Under the pieces are notes generated by a model. It was given only the letters and a program-made list of their open reading frames with translations, did no database searches and was not told where the DNA came from. Below are positions 54,957 to 64,000 of a DNA stretch of 64,000 bases, piece by piece (the first letter of the stretch is position 1; each line of letters begins with the position of its first letter). Both the position numbers and the translations under genes were made by a program. The stretch spans positions 102,238,001 through 102,302,000 of the forward strand of contig OX597816.1 of assembly GCA_951406725.2 (NCBI GenBank), read 5' to 3'. Source of the DNA: Octopus vulgaris (Eukaryota).

Positions 54957-55334
54957 TACTTGCTTCAGTCAGTTGACTGCGGCCATGCTGGAGCACCGCC
55001 TTTAGTCGAACAACTCGACCCCAGGACTTATTCTTTGTAAGCCCAGTACTTATTCTATCGGTCTCTTTTGCCGAACCGCTAAGTGACGGGGACATAAACA
55101 CACCAGCATCGGTTGTCAAGCAATGCTAGGGAGACAAACACAGACACACAAACATGCACGCATATATATATATATATATATATATACATACAACGGGCTT
55201 CTTTCAGTTTCCGTCTACCAAATCCACTCACAAGGCTTTGGTCGGCCCGACACTTGCCCAAGGTGCCACGCAGTGGGACTGAACCCGGAACCATGTGGTT
55301 GGTAAGCAAGCTATTTACCACACAGCCACTCCTG
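54957..55334 (-). mobile_element. Family A SINE, near full length
   Basis: Colinear with 14931-15341, ~17-bp deletion. Confidence 0.9.
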
Positions 55335-55438
55335 TATATATGTATAAAGGGAAAGTTTACGAAAATAAACAAAAGACGAAGGCAAGTGATGTACAAATAA
55401 ACAGATGAATTAGTATAGCGCTCAGGAATAGAAAAAGT

Positions 55439-55495
<57 letters not shown>

Positions 55496-55496
55496 A

Positions 55497-55700
55497 AGTT
55501 AATCCAAACAGGAAAACACAAAAAAGCAAAAAAAACACAACAACGCGAGGACGTGGAACAAATCAAGTATGATTGGACACTCAGGAAAGAAGGGAAGAAG
55601 GAGGGTTTAACGTTTCGAGCGGAGCTCTTCGTCGGAAACTTAGGAGAAGGAAAGATCCCGAGAAGGGAAGACGGAGGAAAAAAAATCGCCAGCGGTACTC

Positions 55701-55702
<2 letters not shown>
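55497..55702 (-). mobile_element. Second copy of the ~195-bp hammerhead-bearing element (motif 55605-55639)
   Basis: Matches 44831-45026, identical across the ribozyme-like motif, (TA)n on both sides. Confidence 0.7.
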
Positions 55703-55753
<51 letters not shown>

Positions 55754-55759
55754 TATATT

Positions 55760-55985
55760 TATGTGTGTGTGTCTGTGTCTGTTTGTTCCCCCCCACCATC
55801 GCTTGTCAGCCGATGTTGGTGTGTTTACGTTCCCGTAATTTAGTGGTTCGGTAAAAGAAATCGATGGAATAAGTATTATACTTACAAAGAATAAGTCCTG
55901 GGGTCGATTTCTTCGACTGAAACCCTTTATGGTGGTGCTCCAGCGTGGTCGCAGTCAGATAACTAAAACAAGTAAAAGAATAAAA
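55760..55985 (+). mobile_element. Family A SINE, 3' half
   Basis: gccgatgttggtgtgtttac..aagaataagtcctggggtcga..aaacaagtaaaaga. Confidence 0.85.
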
Positions 55986-55988
55986 ATG

Positions 55989-56031
<43 letters not shown>

Positions 56032-56095
56032 ATGTACATACATCTATGTATGTACATATACATATATATATACGCACACACGCTCACACATTTAT

Positions 56096-56142
<47 letters not shown>

Positions 56143-57036
56143 TACACACGCGCAGACATATAGGTAGAGATTATGATGTATACATACATAAATAGACATA
56201 TTATAATCGTGTGCTCATGTGTATTGGCCTGCTGCGTTTGGCAGTGTATATTTTTGTGGTAGTATTATCATCTATGAAGTGTATTTGCGTGTGTGTTCGT
56301 ATGTGTGTATCTGTTTATGTATAATGTGTCCCTTGGATTCTTGGTGGTGCATTGGCGTGTGTTTGTAACTGTGTGTGTGTGTACACAAAATAGTGAATGG
56401 TAATGTACGTATATGCGAGTGAAATAATGTATGTATGAGTTTGTGTATATATGTATATGTGTGCGTGTGTAAGTGTGTGTGTGAGTGAGAAAGTGAGAAA
56501 GAGATGTAACGATGTGGATGTGAGAGGTCTCATGTACACGTGTGTGTGTACGGTAATAAATCATATCTGCCTTATAACGTTGTCTGACTTTTGATGCCAT
56601 TTTAGATGTGTGACGTCACTGGGAGCAGTTAGCTGTGGCGTTAGTGGTGTTGGTGGTTATTTTGAAGATGGTGTTGGTGATAAGAACTGTCGAAGCTGTA
56701 GCCATGATAGGATGGTATTAGTTAGTATTTGTATAGTGCTGTTGGTGACGATGGTGAACAATGAATGGCGAACGGTGACGGGGGTGGTCCTAGCAATGGC
56801 GATGGGTGTTGGTGGTAATGGAGATGGAAGGTTTGTGTTTCTTTTGTTTGCGGTGGTTTTAGTAACAACAGGGGCGGTATTGTTGTTTAAGACCCTCCAC
56901 CAGTCAGCTGTGGAGAGAAATGATTTATAATGGAAGTCATTCCAAACATGCCCATCCTGTCTTTTTCAGAACGATCAATCCAACGTGTCCTTCCTTTTGG
57001 AGACATATGACCAGTGTAATTTGAAGGATCTTCTAG

Positions 57037-57780
57037 GATCTTTTGCTTCACTGCATCAGTGGACATTTTAAAGTTTAGTGAAAGTTTAAAAATTTGATAT
57101 ATTGATGTAATTTTCCACGCTGAATCTTAGGGGCTGATTCACTTTTTCCAGAAAATTTAAAAAAAAAAAAAAAGAAAAAAAATGAGTTACAGAGATTTAA
57201 AGTTTTATCAATTTTACCTTGTCAGAAAACAGGATATAGAATCTGACATTTTGGGCGTGACTTCACGTGTTGTCAACTGTAAATAAATGAAATATTGGCG
57301 AATTTCTGCTTTACGTACGACACATAACCCCACGTGACTATTTTTGCGAATTTGTATTCTACACACGGGAATTCATATGATTGATTATGTAGAAACCAAA
57401 ATAAAACAAAAAAACTTTGGTGCGGGATTTTAGGCCTATTTAGCTATTATTTTAGCACGTCTCACTACCACCTCATACCTCGTACTTTAAGCACTTAATA
57501 AGTGAAAAATGATCATATGGCTTGACAGGACAGCAACAGATAGGTAAGCTGCTTGGTAACAGCTTGACTTGTTACTATGGAAATGTGCCTTTCGATTGGT
57601 TAAAATTACCCAAAATTTGCAAACTTTAAAAGCTATTAACTTTTTATTTATTGATTTATGCCAAAATTGAATTTCATGTCAATGATTACCATACAAAACT
57701 ACACTAATGCACCAAATATGAAATCAATTGGAACAAAAATTGTAGAAATTCAAAAGTGGCAGCCAAACAGAAAAGACCCA
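57037..57780. mobile_element. Putative non-autonomous DNA transposon (imperfect TIRs); related pieces at ~10150-10320 and 57997-58460
   Basis: ggatcttttg.. / ..cagaaaagaccc ends; shared motif ttcgattggttaaaat..taactt. Confidence 0.4.
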
Positions 57781-60700
57781 GATAAATGTTATAAATAACA
57801 CTCAACAAGTAGTAAACAATTGGGCCTGTCTCAAACGAAGAAATAAACGGTGCTCTGGCATAATGTTTCGTTCTTTGTGTTTTTAGATGTTATGGTGTAA
57901 TATAAGGAAGATTTGGTTGCTCTTTCTAGCATTTAAAGATTTGTGTGTTCTGATCTCCAAGGCAATGGAGGACAACAAGCGATATACCGTCAAATGAAGG
58001 CTTTCGATTGGTTAAAATCATATAATTTTGGATGCTTGTAACTTCTTAAGTGGTGGTGAGTGGAAAGAAACTCTGAAGAGAGCTGAACAGCAGAAGGTCT
58101 TCAGAGAAAAAAATCCCCCTCAGGCAGGGGTTTCGGCCCTTAATTTCATGCACTCTAAGGGAACCCGACCGTATTCTGGGTGCTCTTCTGTTGACACTTT
58201 TTAGCCACTTGGATACCAGAGACTTGTGCATTTAAGCCGCTTAGAAATTTTAATCAAGTTGTAAACTCTCTCCGTTTACTCAGCTTAGAAACTTATTTTT
58301 AAAGGCTTTCGATTGCCTAAAATAACATAACTTTGAATGCTTGTAACTTCTTTATCATTAATTGCAAGAAAAAAAATGAATGCTATATTCGTGATCAGCT
58401 TGCGAAAGTACATCATGTCAACATTTTTTGAAAGTAATCTGGTGAAAATTTGAAAAAACTTCAAGTAGTTGGGAAAAATTTAACAAGATACGTGATGGTG
58501 ATATATGATGTGGTTGTTTGGTGGTATGGCTGATGTTCTTTTCGTAGTAATAGTAGTTATTGTTTAGCACCGTGTCAGCCCTGATCGAGCAGAAATAGAT
58601 GGAAAATATTTCATCTGCAATCATTCCGCCCTTTTCCTTATGCAGGGAAACCAGAGATACAATATCCAAAGTGTCCTTTAAAACGGTAAGGTAAGATTTG
58701 AAAAAGATTTTGGCGAGAAAAAGGTGTGCAAATCGAGATTAAAGAGTGAATGAGCAAAAAGTGCAAGGGACGGAGTAATGCTGAGGTAATACAAGTAACA
58801 AGTGTGGGAATTGGAGAGTTCTTCAGTAATCTTCAGTCAGAAAATCAAAACAAATGCCTCGTGGTAATTTGTAATGCCACTTCACTTCTGGAGTTCAGTT
58901 CTTGCTTATAATAATTCCGGTGGTCTACTTAGTACCGCCAGTTAAAGACATTCCTTCATTCTTGTCTTGTGTCTAAATTAGAAATAACGAACAAGGTAAC
59001 ATTGTCAGGAGAATCCCTAATCAGCTGTTTGATTGCAAGAAATGGCAGGCAAATATGTTTCGAATATTTGTCTGCTGTCTTAAATATGGGAGGATATTGT
59101 ATAATGCAATCCTGGATGCAAAAGATGGGCTAATCTCGCCGGAGATGACATGGAGTTATATAACAACTGCAATTAGTTTTTTGGGGAGGTTTTTCATGTG
59201 ATATTCCTGTGAACAAAGCCAGTCACTACATCGAAACGAAGCTTCCCCCAGAGCCTTCCTTTCAATATAGTAAGGCTTCTTGGAAAATAAACGAAAACTC
59301 ACTTCTGTTAGAAAAGGAGATAGCGTTGCAAATGAAAGATGTCAACATAATCTCAAATCTACCTTTAAACGTCATTACATTTTTATATAGATAATCGATT
59401 GCAATTATTGCAAAAGATATCTGGTTTAAATCTTATTAGACCAGAAGGAATGAAAGGAAGTTGGTGCGGAAATCTTGGCAAGAGATCCGTCCTACACATG
59501 GTAACAGTAGCTCGGCATAAAGCAGCACCACCTCGACATTTGAACGAATGCGTGGAGAACAATTTCGACGTTCTCTCCTCGATTCGAACATGTTCGACTA
59601 TTGTGTCACATCTTATCCAGAAACGGCGGGGATCTCATCTTATTCGTAGCCATTTACAATGCGTTGGCAGCGACTTAATGAAATTATTCATATTCCTGAG
59701 TTGAAAGTGATTCGGAAACAGATAGTTTATCACATCTTCATAAATTCTCAGAAAATTCTTCAGATTATTGCTACTCATAAACTCTATAGAGATTAACCCA
59801 CTTTAGAAAGCAAGGGTGTGCATTCTATCGACCGCATTGCTCAATAGGTAGAGGGTTGTGAGTGTCCAGCAACACCCCCAGATGCCGAACACCTATTCTC
59901 AGTCTAAGCTCGAACTTAGACTACTGCTAAAAAAAAAAAGAAAAAGAAAAAAATTACGACAGAATATGTCTGACAAAGAGGCCCACACACACTCGCCGTC
60001 TATTCCAACAACAGAATACATCCTCTGGGAGTGGGTATTTACAAGGAATGGAAGAGTAGAAGCTCGAAACTCCTTAGCTATTTCCAGAAGAAAAAACCCC
60101 AAAACCCACCAAAAACACAAAAAAAAACACAAAAAAAAAACAGGTGATGGAAGCATTGACAAAATTCACATGTAGCTAATCGGCATCTAAACCAGGAATG
60201 AGCAATCTTTCTCGAGAAGCGGGCCGCATGAGACATGGATCCATCATAAGGAAAGCCGAACTCTTAAAAAATTTCCCGGTAATTTTTCGTTTGGTGCACC
60301 ATTCAGAAAGTCCTGCTCTAAACTATTTCTCATTGAAATTGGCCGTCCAAGTTGTAACATCTTCCCACTTATTATCTATCTGGCAGTCTAAGTTTAAATA
60401 ACCCTTTAACCAGGCCGTCAGTCCAGCCACGAAAAGCTTTTCGAGACGGACTTTCCTATAAGCTTCTAATTAAATGCAAACTCACCATCTTGTCCTGGTT
60501 AAACTGTACTCCTGTTACCTCATATTCTGTAATTACATTGATTTCTGAGGATGAAATAAGAATAATAATCAATTCTAACATAACCACGTGACCACAAATT
60601 CAGAGAACGTGTCAGACGATTATTTTATTTTTATTATTTATTTGTTTAGTTTTATGACCTCAAACACAGAGACTCGGTCACGAATTTTGTCAAATTGACT

Positions 60701-61043
60701 TCAGTGACTTGTACTTTATTTTAGTCAAGTAGTGGAGTCGATGTAACAATAATAATGCTATTTAATAAATATTTATGTTTCTTCTGACTGACTTTAGTGA
60801 GACACACTCATACGCACTCATAAACGTATGTACACGCGAAACACACAGATACATGCATGCATTACACAAATCTCATTGATAAGGAACCCGAACGGTTTTC
60901 AAGTGGTACGCTTGTTGTTGATGGAAGGGACAGTGTTTTCAAAGTTTTATTATTGTAAAGGTCCTTCAATGACGAAGTCGGAGAGTGTGTCTGTCTAAAG
61001 GTTTGTATGCGTGTGCGTGTGTGCACATGTATGTATGTGTGTG

Positions 61044-61090
<47 letters not shown>

Positions 61091-62823
61091 GGAGGGAAGG
61101 AAAGTGCTTTAGAACAAGGTGATGGATGAAGGAAAACATCGTAGTTTTTGTTGTTGCTATTGTCATCATTGCCGTCGTTGTCGTTGTTGTTTTGTTGGTG
61201 GTGGTGGCGGTGGTGGCGGCGGTGACGGTGTAGGGAGTTAAGGATCTTGAAGCAGTGGAGCATGAACAATAGCTGAAATTGGGTCGGTGGCGATGGTGTT
61301 GGTTATACGCGGGTGGAAAGAAGAAGGTGCCGGTTGGGTGGGTTTGGCGGATGGATAGAGGTTTGTGAAAGGATCGTTGCTGGCGTTGGTTGGTGGACGT
61401 GGTGCGAGTGGTGAGTACCGGGGGGGGGGTGGCGGGGGAGGGGGAGGGGGGTTGATAGGGGGTTACTGGTTGTTATGGAGTGTGGGTGGCGTAGGTGTGG
61501 TGATGGTAGTGGTGGTCGGTTTATGAAATACGTCAGTGATGGAAGTGATGGGGAAGTTGGCATTGGTAGTGACGGTGGACGTGGTAGTGGTGGCGGTTGC
61601 AGTGGTGGTAGTAGTAGTGGTCGTAATAGTGGTGGTGGTGAATCCAGAGAGGAATAGCAATTAGGGTGGTAGTGGTGGTTTAAGGAAGGATATGCGGATG
61701 GGTTTCCGAAAGGGTTTATATCAATGGTTGAGATGGTGGTGATGGTGTTGGTGTGTGTGTGTGTGTGTGTATGTGTGTGTGTGTAAGTGTGTGTGTGTGT
61801 AGTGGGGGAGAAAGTAGAGATGACGGCGGTTGAGTACGTTGTGTGTAACAGAGAAAGAGAGAGACGGCGGAGTGGGATACTGGTAGTGTGGTCTGTGAAG
61901 GTTTATATGAAAGGTTTGCAGAGTTGGTGGTGTGTTGGAGGGGTAAATGGGACAATCGTGTCCGGTTTGTTGGCGATTTTATGTCGGCGATTCTCAACCG
62001 ACTGGAATGAAATGATTGCGGCGTCTGTTGTGGTAAGGATATATAGCGGATTGGTGGAGGCGGTGGTGCTGGTGTAATGGCAGCGGCAGCGGTGACAGTG
62101 ATGTTGTTGTTGTTGTTCTTGGAGGTGGGTTGTGATGGTGTGGTGGTTGTGTTGTTGTTAGGAGCGGTGTTGTTGGGAGTGGTGTTGTTGGTGGTGTTGA
62201 TGGTGTTGTTAATTATTGTTGTAGAGTGTTGGCGTGGTGGTGTTGTAGTGATGTTGTGCTGATGCCAGTGATGGCGATGGTACTGGTGATGGTGGTGGTG
62301 GTGGTGGCGGCGGCGGCGGCAGTGGTGTATGACGCTGTTGTTAGTGCGGTGGTGTTGGTGTCGGTGGGTGTTTCTCGTGTAGTTGACGGTGGCGGTGATA
62401 GTGATGATTATCGTTGTCTTGGTGGTAGTTACTATGGTAGTGCTTGTTAGAAGAGGTACTTCTGATGTGACGGTGGTGGTCGTAGTGGTGGTGGAGGTGG
62501 AAGTGGTGGCGATGTAGAGACTAGTGGTGATATGGAAGTGAGTGTTGTAGTGTAGTGATGGTGGTATTATTAGTGTGTGTAATGATGGTGGTAGTGGTGT
62601 TGGTGGTTGTAATTGTGTGGTAGTACATAGTTGTTGTTATTGTTGTTTAGCCCTGATTGAATCCACTTATTATGAAAGGTATTCTAGCCATGACCAACCA
62701 ACCTTTTTTTTATTCAGATGTATTGTATCCTAGACTACATTAGCCAATGTGTTCCTTTTCAGATGACATGGTGAATGTGATTTGAGGGCAATATGGCTAT
62801 TGATTCTTGCAAATCTTGTAGAG

Positions 62824-63145
62824 CAGGGGTTCTCAATCAACTTTTATCTATGGAACCTTTAGATTATTATTTTATTCTGGTTGACCCCCATAGCCCTCGA
62901 TGTTTAAAAACTAGTTTTATAGAAATTTCTTTTAAAATTCTTATTTTGTTTTCCATATATTAACTTGTTTAGGTTGAACTATGTAAAATGTTAGAGACAT
63001 AACAATACACACACCAAAAACGAAATTTTTTCAGGCACCCTTAAAATGCTATTGTGGATCCCCAATCTACTATTTTGTTGCATGAAACTCCAAAAATCTT
63101 ATATGAACTATCACAGGCCATATGGACCCCTGCTGAGAACAACTG
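62824..63145. mobile_element. hAT/Charlie-type MITE with 8-bp TSD
   Basis: TIRs caggggttctcaa / ctgagaacaactg; TSD ttgtagag (62816-23) / ttctagag (63146-53), fits NTCTAGAN. Confidence 0.8.
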
Positions 63146-63187
63146 TTCTAGAGGATGTTTCGTCAGCTCGGTGTTGCTATAGTTTCT

Positions 63188-63418
63188 TATTTCTTTATTT
63201 TCCACAAGGGACTACACCAGATGGGACAAACAAGGACAGACAAACGGATTAAGTCGATTACATCGAACCCAGTGCGTAAGTGGTACTTAATTTATCGACC
63301 CTGAAAGGATGAAAGGCAAAGTCGACCTCGGCGGAATTTGAACTCACAACGTAACGGCAGACGAAATGCGCTAAGCATTTCACCCGGCGTGCTAACGCTT
63401 CTGCCATCTCGCCGCCTT
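63188..63418 (-). mobile_element. Family B SINE, full length
   Basis: Reverse complement of the 37874-38104 type. Confidence 0.88.
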
Positions 63419-63764
63419 TGAAAAAGTGTTGCTATGGTTTATTTCCAGACAAGGCCAGACCAAGCAGACGCATGGTGAAAGGCATTCCAGCCAGTCATGG
63501 TCATCAACATGCAGCAGCTTAATTGATGGTTGGTGATATGGTACATTTTGTATTCATTCCTTAGGTATTAATTTATTGTTAATTTAATTCCCTATTAATA
63601 TTCAGTCCTTTGTTGCATTCGGATCTTTGTTATATATTTAGTTTGGTATCAATTTATGGAAAACAGTTGATCGAAATACAGTTGATCGAAAGAACAATTA
63701 ACCGAAGTAATGTTCGCTCGGATCACTAGCTGATCAAATGATAACAAACTGTAAATATTTTGCT

Positions 63765-64000
63765 ATAATGGTATCTAGACGATTCCGGAACCTGGCGTAT
63801 GCATCCCTCACAGTGTCCCTGGGAAGATCTTCAAACACCTTTTTGATTTTGGCCACCAGCTCGGCCTTGGTGTTGCAGGCAAAGCGGTTGATGTCTTTTT
63901 CAACTGCGCTCCGCCATAGTAATCCATCAGATTACAACCGGAAGAATTAGAAAGCCAGAAATTGGGGCTGGTGAAGTCGTAGAATTTCCCCGACAACCAC
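63765..64000 (-). pseudogene. Tc1/mariner-superfamily (maT/DD37D-like) transposase C-terminus, continues past window
   Basis: WLSGKFYDFTSPNFWLSNSSGCNLMDYY, frameshift, AVEKDINRFACNTKAELVAKIKKVFEDLPRDTVRDAYARFRNRL. Confidence 0.75.

Noticed and set aside
58072-58140. Hammerhead-like CTGAAGA/GAAA pieces with a hairpin
   Set aside because: Element order and the NUH site do not fit any hammerhead topology
61140-62640. Val/Gly-rich ORFs resembling membrane proteins
   Set aside because: Degenerate (GGT/GTT)n low-complexity DNA

Overview
AT-rich, microsatellite-dense eukaryotic DNA. The SINE repertoire resembles my recollection of octopus (coleoid cephalopod) repeats; this was not database-checked. 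I can support no host protein-coding exon, so the window reads as intergenic or intronic, and nearly all short ORFs are microsatellite or transposon artefacts. Retroelements: the 3' ~3 kb of an RTE-clade LINE with a C4HC3 (PHD-type) finger inside its RT, three R4/Dong-type restriction-like-endonuclease retrotransposons (two sitting in (TAA)n tracts), L1/Tx1 and RTE remnants, a Penelope-like (GIY-YIG) element with inverted terminal copies, and >25 tRNA-derived SINE copies including a triple nest. DNA transposons: a full-length frameshifted mariner, other Tc1/mariner relics, a non-autonomous Helitron and hAT MITEs. There is also a U6 snRNA pseudogene. The most notable signal is about a dozen type-I hammerhead-ribozyme(-like) motifs in short non-coding modules next to (TA)n. 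They fall into three catalytic-core classes (canonical CUGANGA, compensated U3-A8 UUGANAA, and CCGANGA), and some have ~90-nt stem II extensions. All structures were folded by eye; activity is untested.
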